Source: Desulfatiglandales bacterium (lineage in GTDB: Bacteria > Desulfobacterota > DSM-4660 > Desulfatiglandales > Desulfatiglandaceae). From it: a DNA stretch of 64,000 nt. The stretch lies in NCBI GenBank assembly GCA_963662465.1, contig OY759599.1, forward strand, positions 2,848,001 through 2,912,000, written 5' to 3'. Under the pieces are notes generated by a model. That model searched no databases. It had not been told where the DNA came from and saw nothing but the letters and a program-made list of their open reading frames with translations. This document shows, one piece after another, positions 41,298 to 51,364 of the stretch. Position numbers and translations under genes: made by a program. The first letter of the stretch is position 1; every line of letters begins with the position of its first letter.

Positions 41298-42017
41298 CTA
41301 CAATAAATATTCAGTGTTTACATTCTGCAAGGCATGAAAAATATTCCCTTTAATCTTTCGATTATTTCGGTAAAAGCCGTTCAGCATCGCCTTGATCTCT
41401 TCGCGTTTGGAAGCCCCCGCGCTGGGGCACCCCAATTCAATCCGGGGACATTCCATTTCGTCGGCATAACGCCGGATCAGATCTTCATCCACCAGATAAA
41501 GGGGTCTGATAACCGTTAATTTGCCTCCAAAAAGTTCCTGCACCGGCAACATGGTGCTGATGGCAGCGCCGTAAAAAATATTTAAAAAAAGGGTTTCGAT
41601 AATATCGTCTTTGTGGTGACCCAGGGCGATTCGGTTGCATCCCATGGATTCGGCCAACTCAAACAGGAGTTTTCGTCTCATACGCGAACAAAGGAAACAG
41701 GGATTCTCTCGGTTTTCCGGACCATGGGCTCTTGGACCGATATCGCTTTCAATGACACGGTAGTCAAATCCGTGGGTTGAAAAAAAGTCCGACATTTTTT
41801 TGGCGGAGTCACACCCGAACCCGGGGTCCACGTGGACGGCGGTGATGCCATAAGAGATGGGGATGCGTTTGATTCTTTCCTTCAAAATTTGCAAAAGGAC
41901 AAGACTGTCCTTTCCGCCGGATACCGCAACGAGAATATGATCTCCATCCCGAATCATTTTTTGATTGTGAATAGCTTTTCCCGTGAGTCGTCTCATCTGC
42001 TTGGCAACAAAACCCAA
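41298..42017 (-). CDS. ttcA: tRNA 2-thiocytidine biosynthesis TtcA-family protein
   Basis: SGGKDS PP-loop, CFLC, GHHKDD, IRPL. Confidence 0.8.
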   Translation of the reverse strand: MGFVAKQMRRLTGKAIHNQKMIRDGDHILVAVSGGKDSLVLLQILKERIKRIPISYGITAVHVDPGFGCDSAKKMSDFFSTHGFDYRVIESDIGPRAHGPENRENPCFLCSRMRRKLLFELAESMGCNRIALGHHKDDIIETLFLNIFYGAAISTMLPVQELFGGKLTVIRPLYLVDEDLIRRYADEMECPRIELGCPSAGASKREEIKAMLNGFYRNNRKIKGNIFHALQNVNTEYLL

Positions 42018-42090
42018 TTCCTTATTATTCCCTCATCAAGCCATTAACGATAATTTTACATCTCATAGGCCAAAAGCTAACAGCTAAAAG

Positions 42091-42771
42091 CTAATAATAA
42101 GAAGACTTCCTTTTCCGCTGCCGGCTTCCCATAACCAAACCAAAAACGAGCCCCACCAACAACACAACCGCGCCTGCAAGAAACCAACGGTTCCGCTGTG
42201 ATGATTTCAGCACAAGGTTTTCTTTCTGTAAAGTTTCCAGCGTTGATCGCGCTTCCTGCAACTCTTTCAAGGTTTTATCGTAGGTTTCCTGCAATTCCAA
42301 TACGGCGCCGGACGCTTTTTTCAAAGCATCATATTTTATCTTAACATCCCCGAGTGCATTTTCCGCTTTTTTCAGTTTTTCACTCATCAGCTCTTTCTCG
42401 CCGGATGAGGCCGACCACTCTTTTTCGATGTTGTCAGTTCTCTCCTTGAGACGAACATTTTCATCTTTCAACGCGGCCGCCTGAATCTTCCACGGAACAT
42501 CGCGGGTCAAAAAACTGCTGACGACCCATCCCTCATAATTGCCGGAACCGGTTCCCAGGAGACGAACACTGCTCCACCCGGACGAGGTCTTCTCAACAAC
42601 GTCCAGAGGCGTATCCTGAGAAAGCATGGTGATGATCTTATCTTTTGTACTCGGTCCCGCACGTAAGGTTATCTTTGAGGTATTCACAACATAAGCCTTT
42701 TCAGCCCAGCAACTGTGGGCTGAAAAAAGCACCCACAGACCCATAACCATAATGATCGCAATTTTCTTCAT
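42091..42771 (-). CDS. SH3-domain, coiled-coil membrane protein (YgiM-like)
   Basis: LRAGPS...EGWV, coiled coil, C-terminal WFLAGA TM. Confidence 0.8.
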   Translation of the reverse strand: MKKIAIIMVMGLWVLFSAHSCWAEKAYVVNTSKITLRAGPSTKDKIITMLSQDTPLDVVEKTSSGWSSVRLLGTGSGNYEGWVVSSFLTRDVPWKIQAAALKDENVRLKERTDNIEKEWSASSGEKELMSEKLKKAENALGDVKIKYDALKKASGAVLELQETYDKTLKELQEARSTLETLQKENLVLKSSQRNRWFLAGAVVLLVGLVFGLVMGSRQRKRKSSYY

Positions 42772-42824
42772 CAGGCTTTTCCCCTGTAAGCGTGAAGCTG
42801 GAAGAGGCTTTCCGCTTCCTTTCA

Positions 42825-43262
42825 TCACCTTTCACTCTTCACTTTTTCCACAACCCTGATATCCGTAATCATCGTTTTCGGATATTGACCCATGTCATCC
42901 TTTTCCAGATATTTCACCATATCCCAAATAGTATTCAGGGCAATGGATACGCCCACCAGGGCTTCCATTTCAACCCCCGTTCGCGCCCGGGACACAACAA
43001 TGCATTCCGCATCAACAACCCCTTGGCCCAGTTCGAAGGTCACCTGTACCATATCCAGCGGAATCTGATGGCAATGGGGAATCAAAAGCTGGGTCTGTTT
43101 TGCGGCATTCATGCCCGCAATTTCCGCCACCAGAAGCGGATCCCCCTTCTTGATCCGACCCTCTTGAATGTGCTTCAGGGTCTCAGAAGAAAGCCGTATT
43201 CTTCCCGCCGCCGTTGCCTGTCGCTTTACCACCGGTTTTTCACTGACATCGATCATACCCAT
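42825..43262 (-). CDS. moaC: Cyclic pyranopterin monophosphate synthase
   Basis: MIDVSEK, LIPHCHQ, TGVEMEAL. Confidence 0.93.
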   Translation of the reverse strand: MGMIDVSEKPVVKRQATAAGRIRLSSETLKHIQEGRIKKGDPLLVAEIAGMNAAKQTQLLIPHCHQIPLDMVQVTFELGQGVVDAECIVVSRARTGVEMEALVGVSIALNTIWDMVKYLEKDDMGQYPKTMITDIRVVEKVKSER

Positions 43263-43280
43263 AAAACAGACTCCTCCATT

Positions 43281-43634
43281 TTAAAACACTTCTTTTTTGC
43301 TAGACCCTTCTTTTTTAATCCGTTCCACAGCCTTTATGAGCGCGGGAAACACATGATCCCGAATATCGCCGCCCACCACCACGGCCATGATTTCGTCTCC
43401 TACGTTCAACTGCCCGTCGCAGGTATCAATCAGGACTTCAACAATTCCAGGCATGTCTTTAGTATCTTTTATAATGGCTTCAATAGCCTCCCGGTCAAAA
43501 CGGACGTTGATGCTTTTTACCAGCCCCCCGTGTAGGGAAGTCTCTCTTACAAGGCCCATGTGGGTAGCAATCATTCCCATCTTTGAACTGTCGGGATGCG
43601 CTTTTACAATTTTAAGCATTCGGTCGATATCCAT
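43281..43634 (-). CDS. MoaE-like molybdopterin synthase subunit
   Basis: GMIATHMGLVR, LNVGDEI, GDIR. Adjacent to moaC. Confidence 0.75.
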   Translation of the reverse strand: MDIDRMLKIVKAHPDSSKMGMIATHMGLVRETSLHGGLVKSINVRFDREAIEAIIKDTKDMPGIVEVLIDTCDGQLNVGDEIMAVVVGGDIRDHVFPALIKAVERIKKEGSSKKEVF

Positions 43635-43676
43635 TATTCGCTCCTCCTCAGGGCTCGGAAGAATCCCGGACGTCGA

Positions 43677-44993
43677 TCAACATGACCTGCTGCCGGTCAA
43701 CGTATCCACTTGGCGGGATTGTTCGCCCTCATCCAATGAAAAAAGTTTTCGCGTCGTGTCCAGATAGGCATCCAGCGTGGACCTGCCCGCTTTTCCTTTC
43801 AAAAACAGAATGGGGTCGTTGAGTACTTTTTCAACGATGGATCGGATCAAGACTTCAACGGCTTCCTGCTGAGCATCGGTAAGCTGCTCCAGAACCGAGC
43901 GGCTTTTGCCGAATTCAGCGTAAATAATAGCTTCCACTTTGTTTCTCAATGAAACGATGGTGGGAACCACTGCGAGGGTTTTCATCCATTTTTCAAACTT
44001 AACCACCTCTTCCCGAACAATACGGCGTGCTTTAACGGCTTCCTCCTGTCGCTGTGCTTTGTTGATTTCAATAACCCCCTTCAGGTCATCGATGTCGTAC
44101 AGGTAGACATTGTTCAAATCATTGACTTCCGGCTGCACATCCCTGGGAACCGCAATGTCGATCAGAAAGAGCGGGCGATTCCGTCTTTTCCTAAGGACTT
44201 TCTTGACCATTGCCCGGGTAATGATACATTCCGATGAAGCGGTGGACGACACAACAATGTCCGCCTTCAGAAGTTGTTCCTCAATTTCACCAAATGAGGC
44301 CGCCGATGCATGAAAACGTTCCGCCACATCCAGCGCTCGTTCAAAAGTCCGGTTTACCACAACCATAGAATCAACGCCGTTGGTCAAGAGATGCCGCGCC
44401 GCCAGTTCCGCCATTTCTCCAGCCCCAATGAGCAAAACGCTTTTCCCTTCAAGCTCATGAAAAATCTTTCGGGCCAATTCAACTGCGGCGTAACTGATGG
44501 AAACGGCGGATCCGCAGATATCCGTCTCGGACCTCACCCGTTTGGCCACATGAAAGGCCTTGTGCATGAGCCTGTTCAGGATAACCCCCGACATTTTTTC
44601 CCGGGTGGACTGTAAATAGGCCTCCTTGATCTGACCCAGGATCTGGGGTTCCCCAATGATCATGGAATCCAGACTGGACGCCACACTGAAAATATGCGTC
44701 ACCGCGTCCATGTTTTCATAGGTGTAAAGAGATGACGAAAAACCGTCCACCGGGATATTGCCGATTTTGGACAACAGGGAAACAACAGCCCGTTTTGCCT
44801 CTTCCACATCCAGAGCAACAAACAAAACTTCCACGCGATTGCACGTAGACAGGAAAAACCCTTCACGAACCACTTCCAGACTTCTCATGAGTCCAAGGGC
44901 CTTTTGTATGTTCCCGGATTCCACTGCCAGACATTCTCTCAATGCGACGGGCGCGGTTTCATGATTCAGACCGATATTGATAATTCTCGGCAT
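43677..44993 (-). CDS. hemA: Glutamyl-tRNA reductase
   Basis: STCNRVE, GEPQILGQ, GAGEM, DIAVPRD. Confidence 0.96.
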   Translation of the reverse strand: MPRIINIGLNHETAPVALRECLAVESGNIQKALGLMRSLEVVREGFFLSTCNRVEVLFVALDVEEAKRAVVSLLSKIGNIPVDGFSSSLYTYENMDAVTHIFSVASSLDSMIIGEPQILGQIKEAYLQSTREKMSGVILNRLMHKAFHVAKRVRSETDICGSAVSISYAAVELARKIFHELEGKSVLLIGAGEMAELAARHLLTNGVDSMVVVNRTFERALDVAERFHASAASFGEIEEQLLKADIVVSSTASSECIITRAMVKKVLRKRRNRPLFLIDIAVPRDVQPEVNDLNNVYLYDIDDLKGVIEINKAQRQEEAVKARRIVREEVVKFEKWMKTLAVVPTIVSLRNKVEAIIYAEFGKSRSVLEQLTDAQQEAVEVLIRSIVEKVLNDPILFLKGKAGRSTLDAYLDTTRKLFSLDEGEQSRQVDTLTGSRSC

Positions 44994-44998
44994 TCTTT

Positions 44999-45838
44999 TC
45001 AGCGCCCCCCCATATTGCCGAAACTATGATATCCACCCATGAGGAGACTGACACCCAGAAAAGTGAAAATCAACAGGGAAAAACAAACAATGGACATGAT
45101 CGCCGCTTTTCGGCCCTGCCAGCCGACGGCCAACCGTTCATGAATCAGCGCGGCATAGAACAACCACGAGATCAGGGACCATACTTCTTTGGGATCCCAC
45201 TGCCAATAGACACCCAACGCGAACTGGGCATAAATGGACCCGACGATCATGCCCACCGTCAAGAACGGAAAACCGTACAGAATGGCATAATGATTGATAT
45301 TATCAAGGGTGGCCAGCGATGGCAACCGGCCATAGAATGTATCAAAACGCTTTCGTTTGATCTGACGTTCCTGGATCAAGTACATGATGGCGGCAAGGCA
45401 TGAAATGGCCAGAAGGGCATTGCCCACAAACACGGTCCCCACATGCAGGGTCAGCCAGAGGCTCTTGAAAATAGGTTTAACGGGTGTTTCAGCGACGGGG
45501 ACGGCCGATGAAATAACCATGAAAAAAGCGGCCAGCGGAGCCACAAAGGATCCCAGCACCCTCAATTTAAAGCGGGCCTGAATCACCAGGTATACGCCGA
45601 TAATAGACCACGAAAAGAATGAAAGAGCGGATTTTAGATCAAGAACGGGTGCTGCTCCCAACCGATAGTACCGGCAACCCAGAAATAGGGTATGGAAAGC
45701 AAATCCCACGACTAAAAGCCAATAAGAGAGTTTGAATATCCATTTTTGCTGCTTGACAATAAAAACGATAAACCCGGCCGTCGCGATCAATTCGAAACAG
45801 AGGGCAAGTATAAACCCCATGGATGTTATCGATTCCAT
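44999..45838 (-). CDS. ccsA: Cytochrome c biogenesis CcsA/ResC-family protein
   Basis: WQWDPKE WWD motif, multiple TM helices. Confidence 0.85.
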   Translation of the reverse strand: MESITSMGFILALCFELIATAGFIVFIVKQQKWIFKLSYWLLVVGFAFHTLFLGCRYYRLGAAPVLDLKSALSFFSWSIIGVYLVIQARFKLRVLGSFVAPLAAFFMVISSAVPVAETPVKPIFKSLWLTLHVGTVFVGNALLAISCLAAIMYLIQERQIKRKRFDTFYGRLPSLATLDNINHYAILYGFPFLTVGMIVGSIYAQFALGVYWQWDPKEVWSLISWLFYAALIHERLAVGWQGRKAAIMSIVCFSLLIFTFLGVSLLMGGYHSFGNMGGR

Positions 45839-46485
45839 AATTTCTTGAGGTTTACCTGTTCGGGAAGGATTTTTTTCAGCTGTTCTTCCATTCGTTTGGA
45901 AAACCCTTCGGAAAAATTTTCAAAGAGATCCGCATCCACAATTTTCTGAAAAATCAAGGCATTTTCTTTCTGTGAAAGTCCCAACCGCAGGACTTCTTTT
46001 CGCAACCGACCCATCATGGCAAGAATGCCCTCATATTCATGGCCGAATTGCGCTTCAAGGCTTTTTCTAATCTTCCGGGCCAGCGCCGGGCTTTTCCCGG
46101 AGGTGGAAATGGCGATCAAAAGGTCCCCCCGCTTAAGAATGGACGGGACAATGAAATCACAATCAGGCGGTTGATCAACGGCATTGACCAGAACACCCTT
46201 TTTTCTGGCGCACGCACTGATCCGGTGATTCAAATCCTTATCATCCGTCGCCGCAACAATTATGAAGGCGCGATCCAGAAATTCATCCTTGAATTCCCTT
46301 CCCAGGAAATGAATCGCTCCGTTTTCAAGCAGTTGTTCCAGTTCAGGGACCAGCGCTCTTCCGGCCAAATGAATGTCGGCGCCGCACTCCAAAAGCGCCA
46401 GCACTTTTCGGTACGCCACATTGCCCCCGCCCACCACCACTACTTTTTTGTCTTCAAGCTGAATAAAAACCGGATAAAAACTCAT
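45826..46485 (-). CDS. Precorrin-2 dehydrogenase / sirohydrochlorin ferrochelatase (SirC/CysG-N)
   Basis: GGGNVAYRK, NAVD, STSGKSP. Confidence 0.9.
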   Translation of the reverse strand: MSFYPVFIQLEDKKVVVVGGGNVAYRKVLALLECGADIHLAGRALVPELEQLLENGAIHFLGREFKDEFLDRAFIIVAATDDKDLNHRISACARKKGVLVNAVDQPPDCDFIVPSILKRGDLLIAISTSGKSPALARKIRKSLEAQFGHEYEGILAMMGRLRKEVLRLGLSQKENALIFQKIVDADLFENFSEGFSKRMEEQLKKILPEQVNLKKLWNR

Positions 46486-46584
46486 GTTGCACCCTTATGC
46501 TGTCATTTCCCAAAGAATTTGATATAGCACCTATGGACCGCTCTTTCAAGGGCCATAAGAATTTTTGCCGGTTCCGACGATTTT

Positions 46585-47085
46585 TCAGAGAATTACCGAC
46601 TCCCTGAAACCGAACCGCAGGCTGTTATCGAGATAGTAAACAAGGGTAGGATTGAATTTATAAAGCCTGACCCGAAACCGTTCGGTAAAGGCTTCCAGAT
46701 TCAAGGCGCCGCCGGACGAAAAAAAATCTTTCGTGAATTGAAATTTTTTAAGGTAAACGCCGATGGCCTCCACGGATTCGAGTCCCATGGAAATCGTGGC
46801 GATGGAACCGGTCATCTGAATGCCCCGGATCTCCCGCCAGCCGGCGGCATTGCCATGAATCGCCCCCGAGGCCTGTCCGCTTTCCAAGGCTTCGACTATA
46901 TGGCGAGAGGCAGGATCCGAAAAAAAATAAAAGCCCGACCTGGTAAAAACATAGTAAACCGGCGCTGCCCAGGCAACATTCTCCCGGCAGGTCGCCAGGG
47001 TCATGGTACTCTGTTCGCGAATAAGGTCTTTCGCCATTTTCAACAGGCGTTGAGGCGAGGGTTCTTCGGGTTTCCCCTCAGGCAT
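46585..47085 (-). CDS. Pyridoxamine-5'-phosphate-oxidase-like FMN-binding protein
   Basis: TMTLAT, WAAPVYY, SRH, IRGIQ, LDNSLRFG. Confidence 0.75.
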   Translation of the reverse strand: MPEGKPEEPSPQRLLKMAKDLIREQSTMTLATCRENVAWAAPVYYVFTRSGFYFFSDPASRHIVEALESGQASGAIHGNAAGWREIRGIQMTGSIATISMGLESVEAIGVYLKKFQFTKDFFSSGGALNLEAFTERFRVRLYKFNPTLVYYLDNSLRFGFRESVIL

Positions 47086-47094
47086 GAAGTCCTC

Positions 47095-48087
47095 CTATTT
47101 GCAATATCCGTTATGTCGAAACCAGTTTACAGCGTCCACCAAACCTTCCCTGACGGGACGGGGACGATAGCCGAGAACCTGTTTCGCCTTTCCGGAAGAA
47201 AAAAACATATATTTTCTAGCCATCTTTACACCGTTAAGGGTGACCCAGGGCTCTCTGCCGCCGGCGATCTTTGCACAACCTTCAGAAACACAGGCCATCA
47301 CCGCCGCCGCTGAATGGGGAATGCGAATGCGGGGCGACGCATGTCCGGCAATGCTCGCCAGTGAATCCAGAATTTCCTTGAGATGCATGTTTTCCCCACC
47401 CAGGATATAACGTTCTCCGATTTCCCCCCGCTCAAGGGCCAGCATATGCCCCGTGGCCACATCGTTAACGTGAACCACATTGAGCCCCGTGTTCACATAG
47501 GCCGGCATCCGCCCTGAAATAGCATCCAGAATAATGCGGCCCGTGGCGGTGGGTTTGATGTCGCGCGGGCCCACCGGGGTGGAAGGGCTGACGATGACCG
47601 CTGGAAGATCACATTCCCGAACGAGCCGTTGCACCATATTTTCAGCGATAAATTTTGACCGTTTGTAGTGGCCGATCATGTTTTCAAAACGACCGTTGGA
47701 AACCTCGTTGCAGCTGTTCCCATTGGAAGACGGCGCCAGGGTAGCAACACTGCTGGTGTAAACAACCCGCTCGACACCGCTTCTCACGGCCTCAAACATG
47801 ACATTGCGTGTTCCTTGAACATTGTTCCGGTACATGGTTTCGGGGTCCGGGACCCATAAACGGTAATCAGCCGCCACATGAAACAGGAACTTACACCCAT
47901 TCATAGCCTTCTTTACGGAAAAGGCATCCGTCAAGTCCCCCCGCGCCACTTCAACGGGCATACCCTCCAAATTGCTGAGATTGCTGGATGAACGCACCAG
48001 GACCCTGATGTCATGTCCCGCATCGATCAAACAACGAACCACCGCGGAACCCACAAACCCGGCGGCGCCGGTAACCAGTGTTGTCAT
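47095..48087 (-). CDS. NAD-dependent epimerase/dehydratase (HpnA-like)
   Basis: TGAAGFVG, AADYRLW, YKRSK, PTATGR. Confidence 0.88.
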   Translation of the reverse strand: MTTLVTGAAGFVGSAVVRCLIDAGHDIRVLVRSSSNLSNLEGMPVEVARGDLTDAFSVKKAMNGCKFLFHVAADYRLWVPDPETMYRNNVQGTRNVMFEAVRSGVERVVYTSSVATLAPSSNGNSCNEVSNGRFENMIGHYKRSKFIAENMVQRLVRECDLPAVIVSPSTPVGPRDIKPTATGRIILDAISGRMPAYVNTGLNVVHVNDVATGHMLALERGEIGERYILGGENMHLKEILDSLASIAGHASPRIRIPHSAAAVMACVSEGCAKIAGGREPWVTLNGVKMARKYMFFSSGKAKQVLGYRPRPVREGLVDAVNWFRHNGYCK

Positions 48088-48510
48088 TTTTCTTAATCCA
48101 GCCTCCCATTTTCCATCAACGATCGAACCGTAGATCGCCGACCTGCCTCACATACCCGCTTTTAATGATTTTTTTGAGGGTATAATGTTCCACCCTCCCT
48201 CGTCAACTTTTTTGTGCCCCCCCCCCAACCCGGTTTGAAAACCGGAAACTTTGCAAGAATCCGATTTGTTTATGAGGAAACGGGCACTGAAAACAGGAAT
48301 CGTTTCCAGAGGAAAGCCGACAGCGAAAAATACTTTGCACGCATACCAGTGGGAATTGGAAAGGTTTACCAAGCTACGGGAAGAACGTAAGAAAGAGATT
48401 CGGAGATTGGCGCAAACCATTAGCGGTTGGCAAACTGTCAGGTGATTATACCGCTTGGCGGGAACACCAAAACCGGGTTCAGAAATGGGACCGGGTTTTT
48501 TGTGGGGGAC

Positions 48511-48786
48511 CTATAGAAGCTTAACCAGGGTAGCCACAATAGCAGCCTGGGCAACCAGCATACCGGCAACCCATTTGATGATTTCGGACTTTACGGAAGC
48601 AAGGCCACGTTCAAGGTCGTTTTTCATGGTCAGTTCAAGCTCTTTGAGATCCTGTTTTGTGGCCAAACGTTCTTCTATAATTTCAGCGAAGGTTTCAGCC
48701 TGAACTTCAGCCTGTTCTTCAGTGAATCCGACGGATTTTAGTCTCTTGATATAAGCATGAGTGTCAAATGTGATGGTGGTGCCCAT
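48511..48786 (-). CDS. DUF1640/CCDC90-like coiled-coil protein
   Basis: FDTH...GFTEEQAE...LATKQDL...IKW plus TM tail. Confidence 0.8.
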   Translation of the reverse strand: MGTTITFDTHAYIKRLKSVGFTEEQAEVQAETFAEIIEERLATKQDLKELELTMKNDLERGLASVKSEIIKWVAGMLVAQAAIVATLVKLL

Positions 48787-48979
48787 GTCAAATTTCCCTT
48801 TTCTTAAACGCATGATTCCATGTTATCATGAGACAATATCATAAACAATCTTTTTTTCTTCCCAGGAGGCGGTATCCATGGGAATTTTGGCACAGTGTTC
48901 AAAATGTTACCTTGATCGAAAACGCCCACCAATAAAAAAACCGGAAGCTCTATAAGCATCCGGTTTGTTTATTCTTTTC

Positions 48980-49056
48980 TGGGGTGGATGATGGGACTTG
49001 AACCCACGACCACTGAGGCCACAACCCAGTGCTCTACCAACTGAGCTACATCCACC
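48980..49056 (-). tRNA. tRNA-His(GTG)
   Basis: G-1 GTGGATGTAGCTCAG...TTGTGGC...GTTCAAG...CATCCACCCCA. Confidence 0.96.
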
Positions 49057-49310
49057 AAAACAATCCTGTGAAGATAACATGCGTTATCCTGTTTTGCAAG
49101 CATATTTATCCATAAATTTTCATTTTCCAGAAAACCGATAAAGCGGAAGGAGAAAAAAGAAGTGTTTGACGCTCCAAAAAAACTTCCTTATATTAGGATC
49201 GCCATGAACATCGGGCGTTCAACTTCGCATGAAGAATAAACGTTAACGTTAGCCCCCTTTTTCGATTTACCAAGGTTCGGCTAATATAACCATTAAGGAA
49301 TCAGATAACC

Positions 49311-50729
49311 ATGTCAGACCACCTGCAAGCGCTGTTCAGAAAAATCCCCTCCGTGGACCTGCTGTTGGCCCATCCTCAAGTGGAAGAACGCCTCCTCACC
49401 CAACCCAGGGGACTGGTCATGAGAGCCATCCATGACGTTCTGGCGGCACTCCGCACGAATATTCAAAACGGGGAGATAACAGATGCGGCCCCCGAAACGG
49501 ACAGGGAGATCATCGTTCAACAGGTGATGGCGCAGCTTGCCGTGCTGTCCATGCCCAGCCTCAGGAACGTGGTCAATGCCACTGGGGTGGTGGTCCACAC
49601 CAACCTGGGACGGTCCCTTCTGGCAGAGAGGGTTCTGGCAAAATTCACACCCCTTGCCGGCGGCTACAGCAATCTGGAGTATTCCCTTGATCAGGGGAAT
49701 CGAGGAAGCCGGTACACCCATGTGGAATACCTGCTCCGGGAACTCACCGGCGCTGAAGCCGGCATGGTGGTCAATAACAACGCCGCCGCCGTCCTGCTAT
49801 CTCTGGAAACCCTTGCCAAGGGCAAAGAGGTGGTCGTCTCCCGGGGCCAGTTGGTGGAGATCGGCGGCGCCTTTCGCATTCCCGATGTTATGCGGAAAAG
49901 CGGCGCAAAAATGGTAGAAGTGGGGACTACCAACAAAACCCACCTGAAAGATTATGAGGCGGCCATCGGTCCCGATACCGCCCTGCTCCTGAAAGTGCAT
50001 ACCAGCAATTTCCAGATTGTGGGCTTTACGGAAGAAGTGCCCCTTTCAGAATTGGTGAAACTGGGCCTGAAACACGGCATTCCGGTAATGGACGACCTGG
50101 GCAGCGGTTGCCTGCTGGATTTTTCCCAATATGACATGATTCATGAGCCCACGGTTCAAGAAGCACTGGAACAAGGGGTCGGCGTGGTCACGTTCTCAGG
50201 AGATAAACTTCTGGGAGGTCCCCAGGCGGGAATTATTCTGGGTCAAAAAAACCTGGTTGCGGCCATCCGGGAAAATCAGTTAAACCGAGCCCTCAGGATC
50301 GATAAACTGACGTTGTTGGCGTTGGAGGAAACACTGCGAATATACCGGGATCCGCGAACAGCCGTAAAGGACATTCCCACCTTGCGCATGATCTGTTGTC
50401 CCTACGAATCCCTTGTGGAAGACGCAGAACGGCTTTATGAACTGGTTCAGGATATAAAGACTGAAAATTTTACCATTGAACAGTCCGACGGTTTCTCAAA
50501 AGTGGGCGGCGGCGCCTTGCCCTTACAGCAATTGAAAACCCGTCTGTTGTGTCTGATTCCCGTAAGGCTTTCCGCGCAGCATATGGAAAACCAGCTCAGG
50601 CGCAACGCCCCCCCGATCATTGGAAGAGTTGAAAAGGACAGACTTGTGCTGGATGTAAGGACCATCCAGGAAACGGAATATCAAACAGTCGCACAAGCGA
50701 TCAAGGTCCTTGGCGACTTAAACCTGTAA
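49311..50729 (+). CDS. selA: L-seryl-tRNA(Sec) selenium transferase
   Basis: NATGVVVHTNLGR, VNNNAAA, FSGDKLLGGPQAG. Confidence 0.97.
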   Translation: MSDHLQALFRKIPSVDLLLAHPQVEERLLTQPRGLVMRAIHDVLAALRTNIQNGEITDAAPETDREIIVQQVMAQLAVLSMPSLRNVVNATGVVVHTNLGRSLLAERVLAKFTPLAGGYSNLEYSLDQGNRGSRYTHVEYLLRELTGAEAGMVVNNNAAAVLLSLETLAKGKEVVVSRGQLVEIGGAFRIPDVMRKSGAKMVEVGTTNKTHLKDYEAAIGPDTALLLKVHTSNFQIVGFTEEVPLSELVKLGLKHGIPVMDDLGSGCLLDFSQYDMIHEPTVQEALEQGVGVVTFSGDKLLGGPQAGIILGQKNLVAAIRENQLNRALRIDKLTLLALEETLRIYRDPRTAVKDIPTLRMICCPYESLVEDAERLYELVQDIKTENFTIEQSDGFSKVGGGALPLQQLKTRLLCLIPVRLSAQHMENQLRRNAPPIIGRVEKDRLVLDVRTIQETEYQTVAQAIKVLGDLNL

Positions 50730-50767
50730 ACAGGAGATCCTTATTATATTAAGGGACGTTGTCATCA

Positions 50768-51352
50768 ATGGAAAAAATAATTAAGCAAATTCTTTCACAA
50801 TCCCAAACCGTCGTCCCGGCTTTCATCCAAACCCATACGACCCATCTCATTACGCTTTCCGAGAAAATCGCATCGACTTTTTTAAAGGATGGGAAACTGC
50901 TCATCTGCGGGAACGGCGGAAGCGCGGCGGACGCACAGCATATGGCAGCGGAATTCGTAAACCGTTTTCAGCTTGAGCGCCCTCCCCTGCCGGCCATGGC
51001 TTTGACAACCGACACCTCAGTGATTACCAGTATCGGAAATGACTATTCTTTTGAGGAAGTCTTTTCCAAACAGGTGAAAGCCTTGGGGATGGAAGGGGAT
51101 ATACTGCTCGCCATCAGCACCAGCGGCGATTCAAAAAATGTTCTGCTGGCCGTGGAGACCGCACGGAACCAGGGGCTCTACACCGCCGGACTCCTGGGAA
51201 AAGATGGCGGAAAATTGCGGAAGATGGTCGATATGCCCCTGATTGTCGCCTGCGATGTCACAGCCCGTATTCAGGAAGCCCATATTCTGGCGGAACATGT
51301 GATCTGTCACCTGGTGGATTACATCCTGTTTCAAAAACACCTGGAGGAATAA
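50768..51352 (+). CDS. gmhA: Phosphoheptose isomerase
   Basis: GNGGSAADAQH, NDY, STSG, RIQE. Confidence 0.95.
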   Translation: MEKIIKQILSQSQTVVPAFIQTHTTHLITLSEKIASTFLKDGKLLICGNGGSAADAQHMAAEFVNRFQLERPPLPAMALTTDTSVITSIGNDYSFEEVFSKQVKALGMEGDILLAISTSGDSKNVLLAVETARNQGLYTAGLLGKDGGKLRKMVDMPLIVACDVTARIQEAHILAEHVICHLVDYILFQKHLEE

Positions 51353-51364
51353 GGCGACAAGCCC

